Shown here: positions 20,953-35,900 of the stretch, piece by piece
Position numbering within the stretch: position 1 is the stretch's first letter
Layout of the letters: every line of letters starts with the position of its first letter
Source: a virus
Length of the DNA stretch: 64,000 bases
Reading direction: 5' to 3' (one strand)
Virus record (IMG/VR): IMGVR_UViG_3300022689_000474
Coordinates: 88,053 to 152,052 of that record
The notes under the pieces: model-generated
Seen by the model: only the letters and a program-made list of their open reading frames with translations
Databases searched by the model: none
What the model was told of the DNA's origin: nothing
Translations under genes and position numbers: made by a program

Positions 20953-23900
20953 ATGTACTTTTCTAATATATCAAATAAGAATCAATTATTCTCTCGTAGT
21001 ACTTTATTTAACTCTTCTATGACTTCTGAGTTGAATAAAAAGTTCTCTTTTGATATTTATAATAATAAAAGTAATTATATTCCATCTGATTATATTAATA
21101 ATTTAAGTACAGATATAGATCCTATAAATAGTCTTATAAATGAATCTTCTCTTCAATCTAGACTCTCTGGTAATACTAATCAATATTCTATACCTCCATC
21201 TAGAAAGTTATTAAATACTTCTTTTAGTCTTCCTCTTGAGAATAGAGCCCCTTATTTAGGTGGTATATCTTCTAGTCTATATAACTCTTTAACTCAATCA
21301 AATTTAGGTAATATTGATACTTCTAATATTACTCTTACACCTTCTAATTATTCTTATGTTAAGTCTAATGTTGATTCTATAGATACTTCTAATATCGGTT
21401 TTAATAACTCATCAAAATATTCTTTCATAAAGTCAGATACATCTTCCATAGATACTTCTGGTATTAGTTTTAATACCCCTTCTAAACCTCATTCCTCTTC
21501 TATTAATGAGGCTATTAGATCTAATATTTCAGGAAGTTCTATAGTTATTCCCTCAAGTACTTATTTAGATCCTGTCTCTAGAAATCAAGCTTATAGAGAT
21601 ACACTTAAACCTCAAAGTGGTTATATTGATAGTACAACTAAAGGTTTTAATCAACATTTTAGAGATTTAATGAAGCCGAAGTATGTAGCTTTAAGAGAAG
21701 AAAGTATTCGGGAATATGTTGATACTATCAAACCACAAAGTGGTTATATGGAAGATGTAAGTAAAGATATACATTTAAGATATAAAGATAATAGTAAAAG
21801 GGGTATCTCAAGTATCAATAATAAAGACTTTTTAGAATATTTACCTTCTGAGGATATTAATTTTAGGAGTGCTAATAATCTAGAAGGGGTTAAAGAATAT
21901 AATCAATTAAATTTCAAATCTAAAACTAAAACTTCTGTCTCTTCATTAGCAAAGAAAGTTGAATTAACTCAAGCAGGTTTGGATAATTATCAAAGAGTCA
22001 TTCAGTTAGTATTCGACTTTGAGAATAGAAGTACAGAAGGAGTCAGACTTCCTCAATTAGCTTCTATGAGGGAAAAAAGATATGAAATGTTGGGGGCTGG
22101 TGCTTTATACGACCCAAGAAAGAATGTAGTTGCAGTAGATGACTCTATTATAGGGCAATTAAATAGAGGTAAACTTACAAAAGAATCTTTCGGCACTTTA
22201 GCTCATGAATTAGCACATTCTTATCAGAACCACTTTGGTAATACATGGAAAAAACAAAGAGCCTTTGAGAATAGAGTTTATTCTGCTGATATAGATGAAG
22301 TTAAACCAGGTAATTTAATTCAAGATAAATATACCAAAAGGGTAGTAAAGAGATCATTAGAATCTATAGCTCTGACTAAACAAAATATGCCGGAAGGTCT
22401 TACAAAAGAAAGAAGAGAAAGTGCTATCAGAAGATCTACTGCTAATGAGTTAGATGCATATTCATTAGAGGATAGAATTACTCGGAGTGTTGATGTAGAC
22501 CGAATATTTGATCCTGATTATAAACTTACTAAAGTTGGTTATCGTACTGAAGATACTATTAGAAAAGTAAGAGCTACAAGAGAATTTAATAAAAAATTAC
22601 TTACAGGTACTATAGGTACAACAGCAGTAGTAGGTTTAGGTGCTATTGCTTATTCATTATTTAGAAATAGAGAGGAGTCAAAATCTGAAGAGAGTAATAA
22701 TGATAAATTAGTGTTAGGAAGTATTGTAGGGTCTTCTTTCTTATTAGGAAGTATTAGACAGACTACATTTGGCCCTTATAAAACTTCAGAACATTTAGGA
22801 GAATCTTCAATTGCTCAAAGAAATTTAAAGAAAGCTACTAAAAAGGTATTTGATTATCTAGGGGTAGACTTTGATCTTTCTCAAACTCCTACAATTGCTG
22901 CTTTTGGACCTGATATTCCAAAAGGATTAGGAGGTGCTTATGTAGCAAAGTATAATGAATTGGTATTAAATCAAGAAATATATGGTGAACTAGTAAGTGG
23001 AAAAATCTCTAGAAATTCATTCTCCCTGTTGGCTCATGAATTAGTTCATGCTTATCAAGCTAATGTAGGTGGTAATATTCAGAAAAAACTTCTTTCTGAT
23101 GAAGAAGTAAATCTATTACCTAAAAAAATTCTTGATATGGCAAAGAAGTCTGCAGCAGTTCAACCGTATGAATCTAAAGAATATTGGGAATCTTTTAGAA
23201 AAGAAGTAGAAGCTTATGACGTTCAATTTCAAATATTAGCCAAAAAAAAGAAATATATAAGTCCTAAATATAGGCAGACACGAATTAATCCCGTTTCTAC
23301 ATCTATTGATCAACCTACTTCTCCTAAACCACCCTTTCAGCCCTCTTTACCTCCTACTAAGCCTAAGCCCCAATTACTTCTACCTCCGGCCAAGTCTATT
23401 AGTCCTAGATCTGTTAATCAATCTATTCTACCACCCGGATTAACCGTCCCATCTCCTATTTCTCCTTACCCTAGTCCTCCTGGTAAGTCTAAGCCCCAAT
23501 TGCTTCTCCCTCCTGCTAAGCCTATTAGTCCTAGATCTATTAGTCAATCCATTTTACCCCCCGGATTAACTATTCCATCTCCTATTTCTCCTTCACCCAG
23601 TCCCTCTCCTAAGTCTAAGCCCCAATTACTTCTACCTCCTGCTAAAGTTATAAGTCCTAGACCTGTTAGTCAATCTCTTCTACCCCCCGGATTAACGGTT
23701 CCATCTCCCATTTCTCCTCCCCCTAGTCCTTCCTCTAGTAGGTTGGGGAGTCAGTTACTTTTACCTCCTGCTAAAGCTATAAGTCCTAGACCTGTTAGTC
23801 AGTCCATTATACCTCCGGGACTAACTATCTCCTCTCCTATTTCTCCTGAAATTAGTTCTTCTCCAAGCCCCCCTTTTAGTCCAAGACTTAATAATCAACC

Positions 23901-26900
23901 ACTCTTACCTCCTGGGAAATCACTAGAAGAGGTAAATATGATAAAAGGTATTGGTCTTAAGAACATTATTCAGGGACAAAATCTTAGATCTTTAAGAAAT
24001 ACTTCTTTAGGAGCTATTGGGATAGGAATAGGTTTGGCTATAGGTATAAATCAATTTATTTATTCATCAAATAGAGAAATAAGTTCTAGAGAATTTAAAG
24101 AGATAGACGATTCCCTTGATAGAAGGATGAGAAGTGTTCGGATTAATAGAGAGCAAGAAAGAATGGAAATAGAGGCTGAAGAAAGGGTAAATAAAATGAT
24201 TGAAAATAGTATTACAGAAGAGGATAAAAGATTTATAGAAGAGCATTCTAACCAACTAAAAGAAAGACTACAATCATTAAATAGTGCTAGAGTCTCACAA
24301 GACAATACAGTCAACAGTACGTCTAGTAGTTCTAATGAACTTCCTTCAATTCTTCCAGAAAGAACAATATTTGGGAGTATTTCACCACCATTAGTTTTAT
24401 CTAATGAAATTGATCTATTAAATGAACCTTTAGACTCAAGGACTCAAACTAAAGTTGCTTCTGGATCTCAACAGTATGTTCAAAGACAAGAAGCATTAGC
24501 TCGAGGAGAGTTGTATACAGATGAAGGTGCATCTATTTCTATCGGGAAATGGACTCGTGAACCTATGACTAATAGATCTAATGAAGAATGGAAATCTCTT
24601 TTAAAGAAAGAATCAGACTTTGTTAGGTCATTAAATAGAGATGATCAAATAAATGTATTATTGGGTGATAGTCTAACTCAATGGTTTAGACCGTATCAAC
24701 TTCCTCAAAAAGAAGATACAACTTGGTTAAATCAAGGAATATCCGGTCAAAATATACAACAGATTGATCAAAGGATTGATATCCTTAAATCAATGAAAGG
24801 AGATAAAGTATTCATAATGGCCGGTATTAATGATTTAAGACAAGGAAGATCTGATAAAGAAATACTAGAAAGATACTCTTCTATGCTTGATAATGTCAAG
24901 AAGAGTGATGTTGCTGATGAAGTTGTAGTACAATCTATACTTCCCACAAGATTAGATAATTTACCTACTAATAGGATTAAGTCACTTAACTCTCAAATTA
25001 AAGCTATGGCGGAGAAGAGAGGAATGACTTATATTGATCTCCTCCCCCATTTCTTAAATGAAGAAGGTCGGTTAAAAAAAGAATATACTACTGATGGTAT
25101 ACATCTTTCTAGAAAAGGATATGACACTTGGTCTAAATTAATGTCTCAACATCTAAATGGAAAGGGAGAAGAACAAGATATTAATATTTTGGGGAATCAA
25201 GAGAAATTAGAAAGGAACACTAATCAGGCTGGAGAAAGTATTATACCTCCATCTAGTTCAGTAGCTAGACAGGCAGCTAAAAATAATAAAGATAAAGAAC
25301 AGACTCTTTCTTCAAGTGCTGGAGGTGGTGGTAGTAAACCACCTGGTACTCCTAGAACTTCTACTCCTCCTCCTCCTGAAGAACCTGATCCTCGAAAGAA
25401 AGCAGGACTATATACTAATATGGATGATCAGGAAAAGAAAAGTTGGGTGGATAGATTAAAGTCTGCTGTAGGGTTTATGAGAGATGAAAAAGTTGAAGAT
25501 GTTATTAAAGTAGTAGGTGTTACTGCTGGTATTACTGCTGGTATGTTAGGTACTATTAAAGGTGTAGAGGTTCTATTCTCTAATGTGAATAGAATCTTTA
25601 GTTCTTTGAGAAGTTCTATAGCTCTCTCTACTTCATCTAGTTCCTCCCCTGGTCAATCAGTTACTTCCCCTCAGCCTACCTCTTCTACTAGAACTCCAGG
25701 TCAACCAGCTGTCCCATCCCAATCCTCTTCTCCTACTACACCTGTATCTCAATCTACCCCTTCTACTAGAACTCCAGGTCAACCAACTGTCCCCTCCCAA
25801 CCCACTTCTCCTACTACACCTAGGGCTCCAGGTCAACCAGCTGTCCCATCCCAATCCTCTTCTCCTACTACAACTGCATCTCAATCTACCCCTTCTACTA
25901 GAACTCCCGGTCAACTAGTTATCCCATCTCAACCTTCTTCTCCTACTAGGGCTCCAGGTCAACCAGTTAGTCCACCTCAACCAAGAGGGCCTGCCCCTTC
26001 TTCTTCAGTAGGGAGTAACTTACCAAATAGATCTATAAGTAGTGGACCGCCTTCATCTCCATTATCAAGTACTCCTTCAGTAAGAACTAGAGGTAAAGGA
26101 GGTATGGGATTTATGTTAGGTGCAGGTCTTGTATCTTTAGGAGTAATGGGAGTTATTGGAGGAATAGCTGGTTATATGGTCTTTTCTCCTAGTGAAGATA
26201 GAACATCAGGAGAAAGGAGAGATGATTTCTATTCCAGTCCAGAAGTAGAACAAAGTAGAAAAGAAAGAGAAATAAGAGAAAGACAGTTAATAGAACAAGA
26301 GAAAAGAATTACGGGGAGACCAGATAGAAGTATAGATAGAGATACTAGTTTATTATTAAGGAATAGTAGAGAAAATAGGGACGGAAGTTCTGTAAGAAGG
26401 CAATTATCTTATAGAGAATATATGGCATTACAGACGGGAAGAAGTGAAGAACATTCATTACAACCTGAAATTAGTAGACCTTCTTCTTTATCTTTAGATG
26501 AACATTTAGCTATACAAAACCAAGGCCAAATCCGTAGAAGAGTTAGTAGAGATATAGATCAATCTAGAGGTATTAGAGCATCTGATTTATCATTTGAAGA
26601 GTTTTTAGAGATACAATCTGAAAGACCAGAGATAGAAAGAAGAAGAGAACGTATAAATAGGGGGGATAGTAGATCTAGAACTCTATCATTAGGAGAATAT
26701 CTATCTATGGGTGAAGAAAGAAGAGTATCTATAGGGAGTGATGATAATAGATCTAGAGCTAGATATCTAGCCATCATGGAAAGTAGTGAATCTTCTATAG
26801 ATGATAGGTATAGAAGAGCTAATAGATTAATAATAAATAGACCTGATAGGGAGTTAACGACTCCACTATTACCTCAAGGAAGTCATGAACCCCGTCCAGA

Positions 26901-29900
26901 AAAACACATTGACATGAGTTATGACGAGGAATATTTAGGAATATGGGAATTTGGTTCTAAAACTAGAGGTCTATTAAGTCAAATACAGAAAGGTACATTA
27001 TATGGAGGGTTTTATCAAAGGCCCTCAAGTCCTTATGGAAATATATATATTGATTTAGCTAGTAGAGAAGTTCCTACTATAATGCCTCCTACTAGTGGTA
27101 CTGGATATCTATATGAAAATAGGAAAAGATATATGGAAAAGTTAAGAGAAAGTGGAGTTCCAGTAGTACAGGTTGGTGACTTCCACGCTAAAGCATTTAT
27201 AGGTACTAATATTAAAGATGAAGAAATAGCTATAGTACTAACAGGTAATTTAACTAGATCTGCTTTAGAGTCTGGTGTTCCGGATGAGGCAATTATGACT
27301 AATGAATCTATAAAAGATAGATTTTTAAGAACTTTTTTCAATCAACGTCCAAAGTTTTATCAAAGTAATATTGGTTTAGTTGTAAAAGATTCAGAAAAGA
27401 TTGGTCAACTTAAAGAAATCTTATTTAATATACAGACAAAGGGGGTATCTTACTCAACAGAAGATTTTATAGTAGGGGGAGCTATGGGAAATAGTAGAGA
27501 GAGAATAGTAGATTTTATACTACAAAAGTCTAAAACTGGAGATGATATTAGTATTACTTCACCATATATTGATGACCCAGAAATAGTAAGAGCTTTAGTT
27601 CAAGCTAAACAACAATCTGGTGTTACTATTAGACTAATAACTTCTAAAGAAGGTTCTGGAATAAGAGCTTATTCACAAGCCATTTCAACACTTCAAGCAA
27701 GTGGTATAGAAGTATATGCTCCAAAGGGAACTCAGTCTTATTTACCTCATGAGAAGATGATACTTATAGGTAATGATTATATAGTAGGTTCTCATAACTT
27801 TACTTCTAAGGCTTCTGATAGACAAATAGAAATAAGTCTAATGGGTAATGACCCTAGAATAGCTTCTTTAATGCAAGCTGATTTTATCAGACAAATAGAA
27901 GAAGGTTATGTATCTCTTAAAGAAGGTTCGGGAGCTAGAAGATCTATGATGTTAGGTACCAGTCCTTTACTTAGTGGTTTATACGCAGGTAGTGATAAAG
28001 CTGGTACTCTTTTATTAGACCCTAATATGGGGGCTTCTTATTTCTATGGGAGAGCTTTATATAATAATCAACAAAGACAGGCTAGAGCTCATCATAGAGT
28101 TATAGATCAAGAGACTTCAGGTGTAGCTACAGCTATGTATAAAGCTGCATATCTAGCTAAATTGAATGAAGGGGAATTAATTCCACAACATAGTGATTTA
28201 GATAGAATACCAGGAATAGTACAACAGTATGATAGAGAGTTATATACACCTGGTATAGGTGCAATATTAAATGAAAAAGTCTTTATGAGATTAGGTCTAG
28301 GAAGATTATATAAAGATGAGCTAGGATTCTTACCATCAGCGATGGGAGCTTTAGGTTCAGTCTTAGATAAAACTTATTTATATTTAAATCCCAATGCTAA
28401 CTTTCCAGGAATTACGCATTATTTTAAGGAAATGGATATTAAAGATTCTTCATATAGAGATAGACCTGCACCTGTAGGATTATTTGAGGCGGGGTTAAGT
28501 GAATTAGCTTTCTTAGGACAAGCATCAGCTCAAGGTATATTATTCTATATGATTGTAGGAGAACCTATATCTATGTTCTTATCAGAGACTATAAAGAATG
28601 ATGTAGAAAGAGTTATTTCTAATAGTCTTAGTACAGATTTAAATCAATTCTATTCAACTTCATCTAGACTTCATAGGAGGGCAAACTTATCAATGGCTAG
28701 TGCTTTTAAAAGTCCCCTATCAGCTAGGATGGAAGTATTATCTACGATGGATAATTTAAGGAAGATAGATGCTGAATACTTTGGTGCTGAGAATCCGGGC
28801 CTTAGTATTTATCATTTCTCTTCTATGTATTTGAGAGGGAGAAGTGGAATATTATTGAATGAAGTTATGAAACCATTCTTAATGGAAATAGTTAATCCAT
28901 ATGATCCTATGGATGTACAAAGTAATAGAGGTTTTTCTAATGTTATAGATAGATTTATAGAAGAAGTTAGTAGACCTGTAGGATTAGCAGCTATAAGTCC
29001 TTCTGATCCTCATTTAGATTCAATAAAAATAACTAGAACAGATGTACAAAGGGGATTATATAAACAAGGGTTTTCTAGGAATCAAGTACAAAGTATGAAG
29101 ATAGATGAAATAATAGGATATAAATATGCTAGAGAACAATTTGTTAATAAAGCGAGAGATTTCTTAGATACATCTACATTTAGATCTTCTTTAATATCAA
29201 ATAGAGTAAATAGCTTCAAGACTTTTATTGATAGATTTGGAAATTATCAAGATTTTAATACTAAACAATTAGCTAATCTATTTAGTCAATTAGAAATAAT
29301 AGAGAATAGTGTAGATCCTACAGATGTAGATGTAATAGAAGATATACATATGATAAGAAGGAGATTGATGCAAATAGGTGCTCAGATAGAAGATCCAGCT
29401 AAAAGATTATCTAGAAATAGGAAAGCTGATATCAGTCTTACTAAAGAAGGAAGGTTAATAGGTGATATCGACTTTGAAATTACTAATGAAGGAATAGATA
29501 GATCTTCATCTATAGCTAGAAGATTACAAGATATATTAGATGAGATACCTTTAAATCCTCTTAACTGGAGAATGTTTAATAAGTATCGTGCTATTAGAGG
29601 TATAACGGGTCAAGACTTAGAAAGTGAAGGTTATTTAAGAATAACGACTACAGGACAACAAGATACTGGAAGAGTTATTCCAAGAGTAAGAACTGTAGGA
29701 GAATTATTTTCTTTCACTGATTTAACTCAAGTAATGAGGGAGATATTATTTGGAAGAGGAGGTTTTTCTCAACATTTAGCCAGAGCGGAAGTATTTAGTG
29801 ATAGAGAAAGATTAATAAGATTAAATAGAGTTTCTCAAGTAAGTAACTTTGAAGATCTAACCTTTAAAGATGCTAGTAGTATTTGGTTTGATAGAAAGAT

Positions 29901-32900
29901 AGGTTATGCAGGTAAGATGGCTGTAGATAAAATTCATACTGTATGGAATGCTACTATTGGTTTTGCTTATGAATCTTCTAAAAGAGTTATAGATAAATAT
30001 AGATATTTACAAGGTTCATTATTGGCACCTTTTGGAATAGGTAGAGAAAAAGGATTATTAAGGGGTAGTAAGGCCTTAAAGGATATGGAATATTACTTAA
30101 TGAATATGGAAGATGAAACTACAGGTCTTAAAGCTATAAGTTGGGGTGATGATTTAGATGAAATAAAAGAAGCAATAAAGTCTTTAGAACAAGAAGCAAT
30201 AGAAGAGTTTAGAAGTTTAAGTAATACTGAAAGATTGACTAAATATGGTTCTTTAAATGAATCAGAGTATATAGATAGATATGTTAGTGAAAATATACAG
30301 AGAGCTACTAGTAGTATAGATCCAACTGCTAGAAGATTGAATTGGTTAGATGAAAATGTTGTAAAAAGTCTTGCAGAAGCTGAAGAAGTTAGAAGTAGAT
30401 TTATGAATAATCCCGAGAGACCTTTTGACTTTGTAGAAATACAAGAAAGGTTAAGAGCAGAGACTTTAGGTTTATTTAGAATGGGGACTGTTAAAGATGA
30501 AGCTTTAAAGAATAGAATGGTTCGTATGAGTCCGGGTATAGGAAGAGATGTAACTGGAAAGATGACTAAAGGTACTTTAACTACTACTGCTTTATCTATA
30601 TCAGTATTATCATCTTTAATATTATCTGATTTATTCCAAAGTACTTCTGGAGTTAGTCTATTTACTCAATTGGGTTTCTCTCTATTTAGTGGAGGTGGTC
30701 CTATAGGAAGATTAATGGGTAATGAACAAGGAGAATTGGGTATCAATACACATTTTGAAGGAGATAGATTATTTCCTGATATACCTGGTCTAGGTAGAGT
30801 TGGAACTACATTATTAACTACAGCAGGTACACTATATGCTGCTCATGTAATAGGTACATCTGCTTTAAGGGCTGAAGCTATAAATTATAGTTTCACGACT
30901 GATTTCATGTTTCAACAATTAAAGTCGGAGACTGGAACTGATATTGTTTTATCAGCAGCTAGAGGATCAAATGAAGCGGATATCTCATTAAGACAAAAAG
31001 TATTAAGTGGAGAAATAAAGAAAGGAAGGGAGTTATCAGATTTTATAGATAACAATCCTACTAGGACTATTAGTATGAGAATGAAGTATAAAGATACATT
31101 TGAAGCTTCACTGTCTCTAATGAAAAAGGGAGATATGTTAAATATCCGTTCTATGAGATTTAGAGGCAATACATGGTTAAATACTATGATTGCCTATGCA
31201 GGCTTATCAATTGGTGGTAAAGCTTTAGTCTCTTCTACTTCTTCTTTACTCAATCATATGAGGGAATCTCAAGGGAGTCTCGATCCTTTAGCTTTTGGTG
31301 TTGCTGGTGCATTGATTGGATCTAAAATGACTAGAAGTTTTGGTGGAGGTCTTGCCGGTCTTTTAATAGGTGGATTAGGTTCTTATGTTATGAATAAGAT
31401 GGGTGTTAAAGTATTTAATCTTGGAGATCCTGGTTCGGTTGTAGATAATCAAGGGGCTACTCTATTAGGAGAGTTATCCGACTTTAGGAATTCTGTAATG
31501 GCCAACTTTGATAAAAGTTCTAGAATTGAATTGATGGCAGCTTTAGTATCTCAAGGAATAGAATCACCTTATGGTTTATTTAAACAAGAAGCTTCAGGTA
31601 CTGATGTTAAAGTAGTAGCTAAACAGGTTACTTCTCCTATAATACAGTTCTTTATGGCAAAAAGAACTAAGGGACAATATACTGATTATTCAGGAAAGGT
31701 AGTTGATCCAGGTATAACTACATATTCTTTAGGTATACAAGGACCGCCTATAACAGGGATGTCAGTTGGTATCCAATTACCATTTAAGATATTAAAAGAT
31801 AGACCGGAGAATAATAGTTCTGGATATATGAATAGAGGCAGTAGAAATTTTAATCTTGTATATAATGATGAAACAGATATTTTAGATTATTTATATGGAG
31901 TAGGAATGATAGCTACATCTGCTCAGATGTTAAGTTATTCATTAAGAACTATTGGTGCTATAGGTTCTCCTTTAACTCCATCAGCTGGTAGTACTTTAGG
32001 ACAATATAGAGAAACTGCCGATAATTTATTTACAGAATCAGGTAAAAGGATAGGTAAATTTGGTACCGCAGTAGAAGATGTTGGAATGATATTACCTAAT
32101 ACTATTCATAGAGTAGCTCAATATATCTTCTCTTCTGATTATGATGTCTATAATCAAATAGAACTAAGAATGAAAAGGAGATATGAGATGTCTAAAGGTA
32201 TAGAGGGTGGAGATCTTACATCTGTTAGATCTTTTAATAGATCTAGAATGTTAATTAGATATACATCTAAAGCTGCTTTTGGGGCTTTTGTATTAAATTT
32301 TGGGGCTGGTCTAGTACAAGATGATGATAAATTTCAAGAGAATTCTTTAGTACTAAATATGAGTGGTGTTGGTTTGGGTGTGGCTGCTGGAGTAGGTCAA
32401 GATTATCTAGCTGGTGTATCTAGAGCTATGAGAGTATCTAATGCTGGTAGAGCTCTACGTATGACTAGATTACGTAAAAATTTACTTCCTTATGCTTTAT
32501 CTGGACTTGTGGGATTTCATCTTACTGATGATAGATTTGGGGTTTTTACTGGGATGAGTAATGAATATGTTAAACAACAAAAACATGATGAATATTATTC
32601 TTATCATAGGGAAGCAGTTATAGGTACTTATGCTGTAGCTATGGGTACATTAGGTGCTACATTTGGAAGAATGGGTATGGATTCAGGTCAAGTATTAGAA
32701 GAATATTCAAGAGCCCTTAATTCTTTAAATGAATTAGAAGATATACAACAGGCAAATACAGCAGGAGGGGGAGTATTAAGAAGAGTAAGAAGAGCATATC
32801 AAGCTCATCGAGTAGAAGAATTAGAAAAAGAAGCTCAACAGATAGTAGATTACTTCAGACATAGAAGTAAACAAATAGAAGAGACATTTGATTTAGTATC

Positions 32901-35900
32901 TTCAGCTTATCCTAATGTAGCCCCTGAGACATTAAGAGAATTCCATATTAATAAGGCAAGACAGATTATAGAAGATACGGGGTCTATGTCAGCTAGGGAT
33001 ATAATGAATAGACAGGATGAAGCTACAGCATTAATACAACATGTAAATAGATCTAGGGGTGCGTATATTGATGCAAGGTTATCTAGTAGAAGATTTTCAG
33101 GTAGATTAATGAAAGGTATGATAGGAGTTCCAATAGCTACACATATAATAGGATCTTTATTACATTCTATTAACCCTGAAGTTTTTAATGCTAATAAGTT
33201 CTATGATTGGTTGGAGAGTAGAGGTACTAATTTTGATGCTAATGCTCCATTTATGAAAACAAGAAATGTTATAGCAGATGCTATTAGAGCTATAACATTT
33301 ACTGATAGATCAATAGACTCTGGTATTAGTTTAGATCAAACTTTTAGGAGTGCAGCAGCTTCAGGAGGTTTTTATCAACCTGTATCTCATGAAAAGTTAT
33401 TAATACGACAGACTGGATATGCTAGGTCAATGACCAAGTTATTCAGAGACCTATCTGAGATAGCTATTCTTGATGATGTAAATCCATTTATAAGTGGTCC
33501 TTTAGGTGCAGGTGCTTCTATTAGGAGAGGAGATAGAGGTACAGTATTAACACCTTATATACAAATACAAACATCTGGAAGTGATATATCAACAGCTTCA
33601 TACTCTATGAGTTCAAGATTCTTCTTTAGAAATGTATTACAAGGGAATAATGATTTAGTATTTGAGATACAAAATGCTATGAGGATGAAGAATGAATTTA
33701 TGAAGAAAGGTTTAGATCCTTCAGTAGTAATGAGAAGAACAGCTTTAAATATATTAATGGCTACTTCATCATTACAACCTAGAAAGAAACCAAGAAGAGC
33801 TTCTAGATTATCAGACAGTCAATTATCAAGTCTAGCTTCGGATACTTTATTAATGGCATCATTAAAGGAAAGGATGGCAATACAGAAACATAGTAATTAT
33901 CAACCAGTAGAGTCAATAGTGACTCAAATGTTAATAGAACAAATGATGCCAACTCATAAGTATTTAGATAATATGTTAATGAATGTATTATCTCCAGAGA
34001 ATGCTAAGAAGTTAGGTATAGGTGTAGGTAAGAATTTGGCAGCATATATGATGGGAGATCCTTATTACTTATTATCTAGAAAGATAAATATGATGGGTAT
34101 AAAATTCTTTGGAGATCAACCTGGTGGGGTAAGAGGTAGAGATATATCTAGTCAAGCTAGAGATTTTCCTGATTTATTTGGAGAGTATAGTTCTAAACAT
34201 TTAGAGACATATACTATGGAAAATAGTAAGAGATCTCCTTTCTTAGAATCATTAAGTGATAATAGTAGTCGTATATTTGGAGCTCTACCAGCACCTGTTA
34301 GTTTAATGTTAGGTTTGACTCTAGGTCTTAGTATTACTTCTAGACTTATTGATTTTGCCAATGTTATTAAAGGAGGACATGAAATAAGTGAAGGTCAAAA
34401 GATGTTAAGAGAAATATCTAGTGAAAGATGGTTCACTAATGCTCCTGAATCAGATAAGTTAAGGAATGTATGGGTCAGTATGAATTATCCCCAAATAGGA
34501 AGTTCAGAGCCTCTTGTAGCTGGAGCAAAAACATTACCAATCTTAAGTAAAGGATCTTTTCACTTCTTATTAAATCCTGCCTCTCATGATTCTTATAAAG
34601 TATCTCAATCTTTAAGAACTGGTTTATCAGAAGTACAGAAACAATTAGATGAAGCTAGATTAAATTTTAGAGGTCAATCAGTAAATATATTTGAATATTT
34701 ACAGATAAATAAAATAAAAGAATTAGAGGCCATATTAGGTGGAGTACCTAATCAAAGTCATATACAAGCTATGACAGTATATGATAATTCAGGTAATAGG
34801 GTATATGGTATTGATACAAATAAAGCTTGGATGGATAACTTAAATGATGCTAGAGATTTACTTATGACTTCATCCAAGGGTATGGAACCTGAAACTGCTA
34901 GAAGGATGAAAGCTGTAATATCTGCTATGGAGACTGAGATTAAATCTCGTCATATAACTAATTTAAGTGATACTATTTTGGATCAAGTAACAGAACACTT
35001 TACTAAAGAAATAGATCATTATATTGATCAATATGTAGATTCTTTAATGAATAATAAGGTTCAGATAAGTAGAAATGATTATAGAAGCATGTTGGAAAAA
35101 GCGAATATATCTGATATAGAAAATAGATTAGATAAATATTTTCCTTCTGCTCCTGGAGGTGGACCTATTAAATCAACTGTTGATGTTCCTGTAGCTGCAT
35201 TTTTTATACCTAATGCCTCACCTGAAGAGATATTAGGAGTTAAAACAGAACAAGATTTATACAAATTAATTGAGGCGAGAGGAGAAGCTACTGGTCAGTT
35301 AGATGCTATATCTACAACTGATAGTTCAGGTGTTAGAGTAGCAGATATGAGAACTAAACTTAAGTCGGCTGCAGCTAATTCTATTAGAGAAGAAGTAGCT
35401 AGAGAGTTAAAATTATTTAGTAATGACCCTAAGAAATTATCTAGACTCAGTTCTGGTCTCACAGGATCTATAAAACATATTGCTTCTTCAGTAACTAATA
35501 AAATATTCTTAAATGCATTAGGAGGGAGGACAGGAGAAGTTGAGAAGTCATTCTTTTCAGTCTTACGTCATCATTGGGGAGGTTTAGGAGTTACTCCTTC
35601 AGCAGATACTAAAAGAAGTCTAATAAATAATCTTAGGTCATTCATGTCTAGGATGACTAAAGGTTCAGCCCCTTATATTGCAGAAGATGAAATAGAAGTG
35701 GCTAAATTCCATTCATCAGTTTCTGTAGAGAGAGCTAAAAGAAAAGCTTTATCTTCTGTTGAATTACCAGAAGAAATGGCAGAATTAGAAGCGAGGAAAG
35801 CAGCAGGAGATCCAACAGCTTTAGATATAGCTAGAAAAACAGAAGAAATAAATTTAAGGAAAGCTCCTTTATTAACTAAAGCAAGTAGAGGTCTTCAAAG

